Shown: piece after piece, positions 15,060-25,052 of the stretch
Layout of the letters: each line of letters opens with the position of its first letter
Numbering within the stretch: position 1 is the first letter of the stretch
Source: Parcubacteria group bacterium LiPW_30
Lineage (GTDB): Bacteria; Patescibacteriota; Minisyncoccia; Phycocordibacterales; VMEP01
Assembly: GCA_007375595.1 (NCBI GenBank)
Contig: VMEP01000001.1
Location: 623,089 to 680,130 of the forward strand
DNA: 57,042 nt
Direction of reading: 5' to 3'
Position numbers and translations under genes: made by a program
Notes under the pieces: model-generated
The model's input: only the letters and a program-made list of their open reading frames with translations
The model's database searches: none
What the model was told of the DNA's origin: nothing

Positions 15060-18000
15060 ATGGAGAAAAATTTTGTTCATCTTCACACCCACTCGCACTA
15101 TTCCCTCTTAGACGGATTAAGTAAGGTTGATGCAATGGTAAAGCGCGCCCAAGAACTCAAAATGCCGGCGCTTGCCCTCACCGACCACGGCAACATGTAT
15201 GGAGCAATTGAATTCTATAAACTCTGTAAAAGTCACGGCATAAAACCTATTATCGGAGTTGAGGCATATATCGCCGAGCGAACACGTTTTGATAAAGAGC
15301 CTGGTATTGATGCCAAGCGTTATCACCTCACTCTTCTCGCCAAAAACGAAAAAGGATACAAAAATCTTTTAAAACTCGTTAGTCGCGCAAACCTCGAAGG
15401 CTATTATTACAAACCGAGAATGGACAAAGAGCTTCTTCGTGAACACAGCGAGGGAATTATCTGTCTATCTGGATGTTTTGGCGGTGAGCTTTCCCGCGCA
15501 CTGTCAGCACACAACGACGAAAAAGCACGCGCGATAATTGCCGAGTATCAAGATATTTTTGGTAAAGAAAATTATTTCCTTGAAATAATGGCTCACGTAA
15601 AGATGGACGGAGCGAAAGAAGTTCGCGATAAAATTGTTGCGCTTGGGCGAGAATTAAACATTCCGCTTGTCGCCACTCACGATTCACACTATTTAGATGA
15701 AGACGACCACAAGGCGCACGACACTTTACTTGCGGTGCAAACAGGATCTGACACCACTGATGCCAATCGTCTCACATTCGGAGACGACAACTTTTCTTTA
15801 ATAGATGCTAAAAAAGCATACGAACTTTTCAAGGATATTCCCGACGCTGTTGAAAACACGCTTAAAATAGCCGAGATGTGCGACATAGAAATTGAGCTCG
15901 GGAAATGGGTTTTTCCAGACATAAAACTTCCAGAGAGAAGCTCAAGTTATGATGAAGAATTAAAAAATATAACCTACGAAGGTCTTACCAGGCGCGAACT
16001 TGAAAAAACACCAGAAGTTGAAGAGCGTATAGAATACGAATTAAAAATCATTAAAGATAAAGGATATGCACCGTATTTCTTGGTTGTGGCCGACCTTCTC
16101 CGCTTCGCGGCTGAAAATAAAATCTTCACAAACATTAGAGGCTCTGTCGCGGGCTCTATTGTCACGTACCTAACAGGAATTACTAAAGTTAACCCGCTTG
16201 AATACAAACTTCCTTTTGAACGATTTCTAAATCCGGAACGTCCATCGGCGCCCGATATTGATATGGACTTCGCCGACAACCGTCGCGACGAAATGATTGA
16301 GTATGTGAAGCAAAAATATGGCGCTGATAAAGTTGCTCAAATTGGAACGTTTGGAACCATGATGGCACGCGGAGCCGTGCGTGATGTCGCAAGAGCACTC
16401 GGATATCCGTATGCAACTGGCGATCGTCTTTCTAAATTAATCCCAATGGGGTCACAAGGTTTTCCGATGACAATAGAAAACGCACTTAAAATAACTCCGG
16501 AACTTAAGGCTATTTATAAAAACGAGAAAGATGCAAAAGAAATAATAGACTTAGCAAAAAAACTCGAAGGTTGTGTGAGACACGTTTCGGTGCACGCTGC
16601 TGGAGTTGTTATCTCGCCTACCCCACTCACTGATTTCACCCCACTACAATTTGATCCAAAGGGTGGAAAAATTATTACTCAATACGATATGTATGTCGTT
16701 GAAGATGTCGGTCTTCTAAAATTCGACTTCCTTGGAATTAGGAATCTTTCTATTTTAGGAAGAGCTGTTGATTTGGTTAAAAAACTTTACGACGAAGACG
16801 TTGATATCGAACGCATACCTCTTGATGACAAATTAACGTTTGAGCTTTTAGCCCGTGGCGAGACCGAAGGGTTATTCCAATTAAATGGTGACGGAATGAC
16901 TCGCTACTTGAAAGAACTAAAACCAACCACCATCCACGATATTAACGCCATGGTCGCCCTCTATCGCCCAGGACCAATGATTTCTATTCCCGACTACATC
17001 GCAAGAAAACGAAATCCAGCCTTAATTAAATATCCAGACCCAAGACTAAAAGATATTCTAAAAGAGTCCTATGGTGTTATCGCTTATCAAGACGATGTTC
17101 TTTTAACCGCAATTACACTTGCAGGATATTCATGGCTCGAAGCCGACAAACTTCGCAAAGCCATGGGTAAAAAAATTCCAAAAGAAATGGCTGCACAAGA
17201 AGAAAAGTTTATTTCTGGCTGTGTCGACAAAGGGTTGAAACCAGAAAAAGCGCTTGAAATTTGGAAACTGATTGAGCCGTTTGCCGCTTATGGTTTTAAC
17301 AAAGCCCACGCCGCAAGTTATGGTCGCGTTTCTTACCAAACAGCGTATATGAAAGCGCACTACCCTGCTCCTTATATGGCGGCGATACTTTCTGCTGAAT
17401 CTGGTGATATTGATAAGGTCGCGGAAATCATTACGGAATGTAAGCATATGAATATCAGCGTGTTACCGCCAGATGTTAACGAAAGCTTCGGGGACTTTAC
17501 TGTAGTTAAAAATGAAAAAGGAGTAGAAGAAATACGCTTTGGTTTAATCTCAACAAAAAATCTCGGCATTGATATCGCAGAAGCGATAATCACCGAAAGA
17601 AAATTAAATGGAAAATACACCTCGTTTGCTGATTTCCTAACACGCGTTAAACATAAAAACCTAAACAAAAAATCTCTTGAAGCTCTTATTAAATCTGGAA
17701 GTATGGATAAGCTTGGTGAACGAGGGCAATTTCTTGCAAATATGGAGGAAGCGCTCGAGTTTGCGCATGCCGCAAGCCATATGGATAGCGCACAAACATC
17801 ACTCTTTGGCGGAATGGCATCCGAACCAGAAGCAACAATAAATTTAAAACCCGCAGAACCAGCAAAAAAAAGCGACATGCTTGCGTGGGAAAAAGAGTTA
17901 CTTGGTCTTTATATTTCTGGGCATCCCCTTGATCCATGGAAGGAAAAATTAAATGGTCGCGACATGACGGTCGCAAAACTTAAAGCAACATACAAAGAAG

Positions 18001-18248
18001 GGATGCTTGCCGTTGTTGCGGGAATCGTTGAAGAATCAAAAGAAGTTATAACCAAAACAAACGACCGAATGGCATTCCTAAAAATATCTGACTTTACCGG
18101 CACCATGGAAGCTGTTGTCTTCCCTAAACTATACAAAGACGTGAAAGATTTATGTGTACCTGATAAATGTGTCGTTGCTCGCGGTCGCATATCAAAAAGA
18201 AATGACGAAACAAGTTTAATTATCGAAGAGGTAAAAGAGCTGAAGTAA
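15060..18248 (+). CDS. dnaE: DNA polymerase III subunit alpha
   Basis: PHP HLHTHSHYSLLDG, RGSVAGS, PDIDMDF, KFDFLG, YGFNKAHA, C-terminal OB fold. Confidence 0.98.
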   Translation: MEKNFVHLHTHSHYSLLDGLSKVDAMVKRAQELKMPALALTDHGNMYGAIEFYKLCKSHGIKPIIGVEAYIAERTRFDKEPGIDAKRYHLTLLAKNEKGYKNLLKLVSRANLEGYYYKPRMDKELLREHSEGIICLSGCFGGELSRALSAHNDEKARAIIAEYQDIFGKENYFLEIMAHVKMDGAKEVRDKIVALGRELNIPLVATHDSHYLDEDDHKAHDTLLAVQTGSDTTDANRLTFGDDNFSLIDAKKAYELFKDIPDAVENTLKIAEMCDIEIELGKWVFPDIKLPERSSSYDEELKNITYEGLTRRELEKTPEVEERIEYELKIIKDKGYAPYFLVVADLLRFAAENKIFTNIRGSVAGSIVTYLTGITKVNPLEYKLPFERFLNPERPSAPDIDMDFADNRRDEMIEYVKQKYGADKVAQIGTFGTMMARGAVRDVARALGYPYATGDRLSKLIPMGSQGFPMTIENALKITPELKAIYKNEKDAKEIIDLAKKLEGCVRHVSVHAAGVVISPTPLTDFTPLQFDPKGGKIITQYDMYVVEDVGLLKFDFLGIRNLSILGRAVDLVKKLYDEDVDIERIPLDDKLTFELLARGETEGLFQLNGDGMTRYLKELKPTTIHDINAMVALYRPGPMISIPDYIARKRNPALIKYPDPRLKDILKESYGVIAYQDDVLLTAITLAGYSWLEADKLRKAMGKKIPKEMAAQEEKFISGCVDKGLKPEKALEIWKLIEPFAAYGFNKAHAASYGRVSYQTAYMKAHYPAPYMAAILSAESGDIDKVAEIITECKHMNISVLPPDVNESFGDFTVVKNEKGVEEIRFGLISTKNLGIDIAEAIITERKLNGKYTSFADFLTRVKHKNLNKKSLEALIKSGSMDKLGERGQFLANMEEALEFAHAASHMDSAQTSLFGGMASEPEATINLKPAEPAKKSDMLAWEKELLGLYISGHPLDPWKEKLNGRDMTVAKLKATYKEGMLAVVAGIVEESKEVITKTNDRMAFLKISDFTGTMEAVVFPKLYKDVKDLCVPDKCVVARGRISKRNDETSLIIEEVKELK

Positions 18249-18286
18249 TATTTGGTAAAATCAATAAAATTGCTATTATTGCCTTT

Positions 18287-20026
18287 ATGACAGAAGAAAA
18301 ACTACAAAACCTAAGACACTCACTCGCCCACCTCTTGGCGGCAGCAATTAAAGAACTTTATCCTGATGCGCTACCAGCAATCGGTCCAGCTATCGAAAAT
18401 GGCTTCTATTATGACTTTGAATTTAAGACTCCAATTAGTGACGCAGACCTTCCAAAGATTGAGAAGGAAATGCGTAAGATTTTAAAAGGATGGAAAGAGT
18501 TTGAAGGTCACGAAGTTAGTGAAGCCGAAGCCACTGAAGCTTTTTCAGGAAACCCATACAAACTTGAATTAATTAACGAGATTAATCAGCGTGGTGAAAA
18601 ACTAACCTTATACGCATCGGGCAATTTTACCGACCTCTGTCGTGGCGGTCATGTTGATGATGCAAAAAAAATAAACGGAGATGCTTTCGCTCTCACCCAC
18701 ACTGCTGGCGCTTACTGGCGTGGAAATGAAAAAAATAAAATGTTGACTCGTATCTACGGTCTCGCATTTACCACAAAAGAAGAACTCGACTCATATATCG
18801 TGATGCAAGAAGAAGCAAAGAAACGCGACCATCGTAAACTTGGCAAAGAACTTGAGCTTTTCACTTTAATAGATGAAGTTGGTGCTGGGCTACCGCTGTT
18901 TTATCCTAAAGGCGCGATTCTTCGTCGTTTAATTGAAGGATATATAACAGAAGAACAAGAAAAACGTGGATATCTGCCAATATGGATTCCGCACATCACA
19001 AAAGGGAAACTTTATGAAATATCCGGACACTTGGATAAATATGATGCGATGTATAGCCCAATGAAAGTTGATGAAATTGATTACTACCTAAAGCCAATGA
19101 ATTGTCCGCACTTCATGATGCTTTATAAATCTCTTCCACATTCATATCGCGAATTACCACTTCGCTACACCTCAACCACAACAAACTATCGCTATGAAAA
19201 ATCTGGTGAGCTTTCAGGCCTTACCCGCGTTCGCTCGTTAACTCAAGACGATTGTCATGTATTCTGCGAAAGCGATCAAATTGAAACGGAAATAAGCACC
19301 ATGGCTGAAATGATTGGTGAGACATATAAAGCTTTTGGATTCAAAGATTTTTGGGTACGCATTTCTCTTCGAGATTCTAAAAACAAAGGGAAATATCTTG
19401 GCGATGACGCTGTTTGGGAAAAAGCCGAAAATGCATTACGTTCAGTTATCGGGAGTACTGGTTGGAATTATAAAGAAGCCGAAAACGAAGCTGCTTTTTA
19501 CGGACCAAAACTCGACTTCATGTTTAAAGATGTTTTAGGACGTGAGTGGCAACTTTCAACAATTCAACTAGACTTCAATCTCCCTAAGAAATTTGATCTT
19601 GAATACACCGATAAAGAAGGAAAAAAATCTCAACCTGTTGTTATCCATCGAGCAATCTTGGGTTCAACAGAACGCTTTATGGGAATCTTAATTGAGCATT
19701 ATGGTGGTGCATTTCCTCTTTGGCTCTCACCTGTACAAATTGTCGTAATTCCTATTGGCGAAAAACAAGAAGAGTATGCGCAAAATATTAACCGTTTACT
19801 TAAAGAAGCTGGCATCCGAACCGAGATCGATTCGACAAACGAAACTCTTGGTAAAAAAATACGAAATGCTAAAACAAGCAAAACTCCATACTTCCTCGTT
19901 ATTGGCGACAAAGAAATGGAAAACAATACGGCAACACTAGAAAGCCGTGACGCCGGACAAGTTGGCGCATTTTCAGCTGAAGAAATAATTCAAAAATTAC
20001 AAAAAGAAATTAAGGAGAAGAAGTAA
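18287..20026 (+). CDS. thrS: threonine--tRNA ligase (no N-terminal TGS domain)
   Basis: RHSLAHLL, DLCRGGH, RDHRKLG, KPMNCP, AAFYGPKLD, HRAILGSTERF. Confidence 0.98.
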   Translation: MTEEKLQNLRHSLAHLLAAAIKELYPDALPAIGPAIENGFYYDFEFKTPISDADLPKIEKEMRKILKGWKEFEGHEVSEAEATEAFSGNPYKLELINEINQRGEKLTLYASGNFTDLCRGGHVDDAKKINGDAFALTHTAGAYWRGNEKNKMLTRIYGLAFTTKEELDSYIVMQEEAKKRDHRKLGKELELFTLIDEVGAGLPLFYPKGAILRRLIEGYITEEQEKRGYLPIWIPHITKGKLYEISGHLDKYDAMYSPMKVDEIDYYLKPMNCPHFMMLYKSLPHSYRELPLRYTSTTTNYRYEKSGELSGLTRVRSLTQDDCHVFCESDQIETEISTMAEMIGETYKAFGFKDFWVRISLRDSKNKGKYLGDDAVWEKAENALRSVIGSTGWNYKEAENEAAFYGPKLDFMFKDVLGREWQLSTIQLDFNLPKKFDLEYTDKEGKKSQPVVIHRAILGSTERFMGILIEHYGGAFPLWLSPVQIVVIPIGEKQEEYAQNINRLLKEAGIRTEIDSTNETLGKKIRNAKTSKTPYFLVIGDKEMENNTATLESRDAGQVGAFSAEEIIQKLQKEIKEKK

Positions 20027-20034
20027 ATAAAAAT

Positions 20035-21099
20035 ATGGAAAATAATAACAATGAAGACAAAATAGAGTTAGAAGATATTCCGTCTGAACAAGAAGATCTT
20101 GATATTGACAATGCTTCTTATGAAATCAAAACCTATGGAGCTGATTTTACTATTGAAATTTTGTCAAAAAAATTTGATACAAAAGAAATCATAGTTCCAG
20201 ACTTTCAAAGAAAGTATGTGTGGCCTCCTAAAAAAGCAAGTCGACTAATAGAGTCCTTTTTACTTGGGTTACCGGTTCCTCAAGTATTTTTATACAGAGA
20301 AGAAGAAAATCAAGATTTATTAGTAGTAGACGGCCAACAGCGTTTAAAAACTATAAATTATTTTATTAAAGAGTTATTTGAAAACGAAACAGAATTTTAC
20401 CTAAGGGGTGTAAAACCAGAATGGGAGGGCAAAAAATATTCTACGCTAACCGAACCAGACAGACGAAGATTTAATAATTACATATTAAGAGCAACAATAT
20501 TTGAACAGGTTGATCCAAAAGATCACTCCAGTATTTTTGAAATTTTTGAAAGATTAAACACTGGGGGAATGCCCTTAAATGAGCAAGAAATAAGAAGGTG
20601 TGTTGTTCGTGGCAAGATAAATAGTTTTATAGAAGAATTAAATTTATATCCTAACTGGAGAAAATTACTTAAAAAAGAGTCACCTGATGCACGAATGAAG
20701 GACATAGAAATGATTTTGCGATTTTTTGCGTTATGGCAAAACTGGAAAGATTATAAAAAACCAATGAAGGATTTTGTTACGGAATTTATGAGAAAAAATA
20801 AAGATATCAGCGACGAAAAACAGACGGAATATTCTCAAGTGTTTAAAGATGTCGTAGATAAAATATATACTAACGTTGGTGAAGATGCTTTTAGACTAAA
20901 AGCTGGAATAAATATAGCAATTTTTGATTCAATCATGGCGGCACTAGCTCTTATTGGTGTTAATAACACCAACGACTTGAAAAGTAAAATAACAATACTT
21001 AAAACTAATAACGCATACCTAGACTCGGTATCAAAATCAACAACGGACTCAGATAGAGTAGAAGCTAGAATGAAACTAGCAATCCAGACTTTAAAATAA
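20035..21099 (+). CDS. DUF262 (ParB/Srx-like, GmrS-type) domain protein
   Basis: FQRKYVW, LIESFLLGLPVP, VVDGQQRL, IFERLNTGG; acidic N-terminus. Confidence 0.85.
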   Translation: MENNNNEDKIELEDIPSEQEDLDIDNASYEIKTYGADFTIEILSKKFDTKEIIVPDFQRKYVWPPKKASRLIESFLLGLPVPQVFLYREEENQDLLVVDGQQRLKTINYFIKELFENETEFYLRGVKPEWEGKKYSTLTEPDRRRFNNYILRATIFEQVDPKDHSSIFEIFERLNTGGMPLNEQEIRRCVVRGKINSFIEELNLYPNWRKLLKKESPDARMKDIEMILRFFALWQNWKDYKKPMKDFVTEFMRKNKDISDEKQTEYSQVFKDVVDKIYTNVGEDAFRLKAGINIAIFDSIMAALALIGVNNTNDLKSKITILKTNNAYLDSVSKSTTDSDRVEARMKLAIQTLK

Positions 21100-21564
21100 A
21101 TGAAATCTAGTCTGGCGGAAAAATACATAAAAAAAATAGAGCTAGCCATAGAAGATATTGATAATTTTTCTAATATCTCTGATTTAGAGAAATCTTATCT
21201 GGCAAAATTTTTAGTAGTTTTTATTTGTGGAATTTATGAGGAAATTATAGAGAACGTAATTTACGAACGAATTGATAAACTAAAAAATGTTGAAGTTAGT
21301 ACTTATATCAAAAAAACCGTATCTGGCACATTTCAGAACCCAAACATGGAAAAAATAAAAGATTTGCTGGGAAAATTTAACCCAGGGTGGAAATCGGAAA
21401 TAAGCAAATTACCTATAGAATCGCAAACCGCCATAGATAATATTATTACCCAGAAAAACTCCCTAGCGCACGGAAATGACGTTAACGTTACACTAAAAGA
21501 TATAAAAAGATATTATAAAGATTCTTTGTCTGTAATAAACAAAATAGATGACATGCTTCTCTAG
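21100..21564 (+). CDS. HEPN-domain protein (MAE_28990/RiboL-PSP-like)
   Basis: All-helical 154 aa with FLVVFICGIYE, FQNP and KNSLAHG (HEPN-type motif with K in place of R); abuts the DUF262 gene. Confidence 0.7.
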   Translation: MKSSLAEKYIKKIELAIEDIDNFSNISDLEKSYLAKFLVVFICGIYEEIIENVIYERIDKLKNVEVSTYIKKTVSGTFQNPNMEKIKDLLGKFNPGWKSEISKLPIESQTAIDNIITQKNSLAHGNDVNVTLKDIKRYYKDSLSVINKIDDMLL

Positions 21565-21583
21565 CTACAAATTTATAAACCCA

Positions 21584-23632
21584 TTACACGTCTAGGTTTG
21601 CCATCTTAGCATTAGACTGGATGAACGACTTACGTGATGGAACGTCAGAACCCATGAGTGTCACGAATACTTTTTCTGCGTCGGCCGCATCGTCAACGGT
21701 AACCTGTTTCAACACACGTTTCTCTGGGTCCATTGTTGTCTCCCACAATTCCTCTGGATTCATTTCTCCAAGACCTTTATATCTCTGAATAGAAACTTTT
21801 GCTTCGCGCTTCTTTGTTTTTTCTTCAACCTCTTCTTCTGTCTCAACTTCTCCCTCTTCCACTACCTCCTCAATTTCTTCTATAGAAACATCTTTGCCAA
21901 CTATTTTAAGTTTCTCATCATCGGAATATGCATATTTGATATCTTTACCTTTCTTTATTTTATAAAGTGGTGGTTGGGCAATATACAAAAATCCTCCATC
22001 AATAACTGGTTTAAAATATCTAAAGAATAGTGTTAATAAAAGAGTACGAATATGCGCACCGTCAACGTCGGCATCTGTCGCGATTATAATTTTATGATAA
22101 CGAAGTTTCGACAAATCAAACGTATCACCAATAGCCGTACCCATCGCAATAACGAGAGCTTTAATTTCATTTGAGGTAAGCATCTTATCAATTCGAGAAC
22201 GCTCAACGTTCAAGATTTTTCCCTTTAATGGAAGAATTGCTTGTGTGCGTCTGTCGCGACCTTGTTTAGAAGAACCGCCTGCAGAATCTCCCTCAACGAT
22301 AAATATTTCCGCTTCTTCTGCATTTCTCGTCTGACAATCAGCAAGTTTCCCCGGCAACGTCATCCCTTCAAGCGCACCCTTACGAAGAACGCTATCTTTA
22401 GCAGCTTTAGCCGCTTTTCGCGCCTTGAGCGCCAATAACACCTTATTTAGAATATCGCGCGCGTCATCAGGGTTTTCTTCAAGGAAGTAGTTAAACGCTT
22501 CGCCAAAGACGGTTGCCACAGCACCTTGAGCTTCAACGCTACCCAATTTTGCTTTTGTCTGACCTTCAAACTGAATCTCACGCAATTTAACAGAGACGAC
22601 AGCAGTGATTCCTTCGAGAACATCTTCCCCTGTTAGATTCTCTTCTTTTTCTTTAATTATATTATTCTTTCGCCCATATGAATTTAGAACACGAGTAAGG
22701 GCGGTTTTAAAACCAGTTATATGTGTTCCACCTTCTGGGTTATAAGTATTGTTAGCGTATGGAATTATTTTTGGGGTTATGTCGTCAACATACTGAAGAG
22801 CAACTTCAACATGCACTCCATCTGCTTCTTTTTCAGTATAAAAAATATTTTTATGAACTGGCTTTTGTGTTTGGTTGTGGAACTTAACGAGTGAAAGCAA
22901 GCCTCCTTCAAAGAAGAAACTCATGGATGGAACCTCAAGTCCTAATTCTTCAAAATAAAATACATCACTATCATCAATCTTTCCTTCGTACAAACGCGCA
23001 TCGATAACTCCAATACGAAGGCCTTTAACTAAGTAAGCCTGACCACGCATGTGGTTCACTACCGTATTCCATTCAAATTTTATTTCTTTAAATATTTCTT
23101 TGTCTGGTTCAAACGTTACAATAGTTCCGTTTAGTTTAGAACTTCCAAATTTTTTAACCGCTGCTTTTTTTACACCCTGTTTGTATTCCTGAAAATGTTT
23201 TCCTCCATCGCGATGCACTTCAACTTTTGCGTAAACAGATAGCGCGTTAACAACAGAAGCTCCCACTCCGTGTAAACCTCCAGAAACTTTATACCCTTCA
23301 CCACCAAACTTTCCCCCAGCGTGGAGGGTTGTCATAACTGTTTCAAGAGCGGAAACTTTTGTCTTTTTATGAATCTCAACTGGAATACCACGGCCATTAT
23401 CCGCAACGCGAATACGATTACCAGGCAAAAGCACGACCTCAATATGATCAGCAAAACCACCCATCGCTTCGTCGCGTGAGTTATCAAAAATTTCCCAAAT
23501 TAAGTGGTGGAGGCCATCGATACCGGTTGTACCAATGTACATTCCGGGACGCTTTCGTACCGGCTCGAGTCCTTCCAAAACTGTAATATCTTGGGCGTCG
23601 TAGTGGTGTCCGTTTCCTTTCTTTTCAGCCAT
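21584..23632 (-). CDS. gyrB: DNA gyrase subunit B
   Basis: VRKRPGMYIG, DNGRGIP, GGLHGVGASVVNALS, VEGDSAGG, ATDADVDGAHI, QRYKGLGEMN. Confidence 0.98.
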   Translation of the reverse strand: MAEKKGNGHHYDAQDITVLEGLEPVRKRPGMYIGTTGIDGLHHLIWEIFDNSRDEAMGGFADHIEVVLLPGNRIRVADNGRGIPVEIHKKTKVSALETVMTTLHAGGKFGGEGYKVSGGLHGVGASVVNALSVYAKVEVHRDGGKHFQEYKQGVKKAAVKKFGSSKLNGTIVTFEPDKEIFKEIKFEWNTVVNHMRGQAYLVKGLRIGVIDARLYEGKIDDSDVFYFEELGLEVPSMSFFFEGGLLSLVKFHNQTQKPVHKNIFYTEKEADGVHVEVALQYVDDITPKIIPYANNTYNPEGGTHITGFKTALTRVLNSYGRKNNIIKEKEENLTGEDVLEGITAVVSVKLREIQFEGQTKAKLGSVEAQGAVATVFGEAFNYFLEENPDDARDILNKVLLALKARKAAKAAKDSVLRKGALEGMTLPGKLADCQTRNAEEAEIFIVEGDSAGGSSKQGRDRRTQAILPLKGKILNVERSRIDKMLTSNEIKALVIAMGTAIGDTFDLSKLRYHKIIIATDADVDGAHIRTLLLTLFFRYFKPVIDGGFLYIAQPPLYKIKKGKDIKYAYSDDEKLKIVGKDVSIEEIEEVVEEGEVETEEEVEEKTKKREAKVSIQRYKGLGEMNPEELWETTMDPEKRVLKQVTVDDAADAEKVFVTLMGSDVPSRKSFIQSNAKMANLDV

Positions 23633-23790
23633 ATTTTAAGGGTTAAATCAAAAAAGCGCCTTCGCTTTGTTATAGAAAAGTATATCAGAAAATACCCTAA
23701 ATTGCCAGTATAAATCGGGCAATCGGGCGAACTTTCTTTAGAAAGTTTTAGCCCTAAAATGAAAGCTTTTTAAGGGTAAAATAAGGTGAA

Positions 23791-24354
23791 TTATGGCTTG
23801 AAAAATATGGCCATTCTACGCCAATCGTGCTTAAACGACTTGATATCCACAAAGAGGTCTTTCCCTTGTTCTTTAGAGAGTGATTCTGGCTCATTGAAGT
23901 AAAACCCTGTGAGTTGACCTTTCCTTTCAGGAAACTCAACTCCATCATTTTCTTCATAACCAGTTAATACCACCATGTGAAATTTTATCTGGCCGAGGGT
24001 ATATTTTGAAACAGAAACAATTACTGGACGTCCATCTTTAAGTTCATCGTGTATTTTTTGCAAACCTAAAATTTCTCCTATCTTCTCCCCTCTTTCAGAA
24101 TTTAAACCGTACTCCTTAGCTGTCTTCACAAAGTAATCATGGAACCATCCTGATGGACCATACCCTCCATCCTTCTTCCCTTTTTCACACATCTCCAAAA
24201 GTGACGGAGTCTTTATCATTCTAGTATTTTGCAAAATACTAGAATGATAATCTAACACCATTTTTAAACACGTCATGCCACAAGCTCTCGGCATCCAATA
24301 TGGGTTGTCGTTTACATCTAAGAATTGAGAATAGTATGGTACGTTAAGTTTCAT
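23791..24354 (-). CDS. C39-like papain-fold peptidase
   Basis: VPYYSQ, ACGMTCLKM (catalytic Cys), FHMVVLTGY (His), YFNEP; 1-nt overlap with the CDPS stop. Confidence 0.8.
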   Translation of the reverse strand: MKLNVPYYSQFLDVNDNPYWMPRACGMTCLKMVLDYHSSILQNTRMIKTPSLLEMCEKGKKDGGYGPSGWFHDYFVKTAKEYGLNSERGEKIGEILGLQKIHDELKDGRPVIVSVSKYTLGQIKFHMVVLTGYEENDGVEFPERKGQLTGFYFNEPESLSKEQGKDLFVDIKSFKHDWRRMAIFFKP

Positions 24355-25043
24355 TATCTTACTTCTAAAAATACCTTCGGCTCTGTGTCAATAATATTTT
24401 CTTTAATTTCTGGAAAAATCCGACCAAACTGTATATCCTCCACAAACCTTACTAAATCGCTGTCAAAAGGATACATGTAAGCATCAGTAATTAAATTTCC
24501 AAAAGAAACACGACAAAGAATTTCTGGTAATTCTTCTATTATATACGTACCAAGTTTATTTATTTCTTCATCGTCAAACTTTCTTTCCTCTTTTGAAACA
24601 TAGCTGATAACCAATTCATGTATCTGCTTTTTAAATTCTTCGTTTTTTATATAAAAAGAACATAAGTATTCCAATTTTTTTTTATATGATTCATTTAATA
24701 AACTATTCCAATTTTTATAATAAATTCGATTTATATCATCCTTACTAAAAGTTTTTTCTACTTGATTTTTCACATCAGACAAAATTCTACTCCCTTGATC
24801 AAGCGCCAAACGCATAGCTTTCTCTTTTGAAATTTTTTTTCTAACCTCTAAGTTAATGGAGTGGATACTATCCGCAACATAGACCAAAACAAAATCCTTT
24901 GTGTTTTGTAAAGCCCACCTTATCTCTTCTATTATGTTTTCAGTAGTAAACCACTTATTACCCAAACTAATTCCTACCCCAATGTTGTATTGTTTATTCT
25001 CCAAATCTATTATGTTTCCGCCCCTAATTTTATGTAATTCCAT
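24354..25043 (-). CDS. tRNA-dependent cyclodipeptide synthase (XYP subfamily)
   Basis: GVGIS26LGN29, Y167IIE-E171LP and Y191-P192 match the CDPS catalytic set (AlbC S37/N40/Y178/E182/Y202/position 203). Confidence 0.85.
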   Translation of the reverse strand: MELHKIRGGNIIDLENKQYNIGVGISLGNKWFTTENIIEEIRWALQNTKDFVLVYVADSIHSINLEVRKKISKEKAMRLALDQGSRILSDVKNQVEKTFSKDDINRIYYKNWNSLLNESYKKKLEYLCSFYIKNEEFKKQIHELVISYVSKEERKFDDEEINKLGTYIIEELPEILCRVSFGNLITDAYMYPFDSDLVRFVEDIQFGRIFPEIKENIIDTEPKVFLEVR

Positions 25044-25052
25044 ACTAATTCT

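Noticed and set aside
15060-23632. Inteins or introns in dnaE and gyrB
   Set aside because: Lengths and motif spacing are normal. The acidic GyrB stretch is low-complexity, with no splicing motifs.
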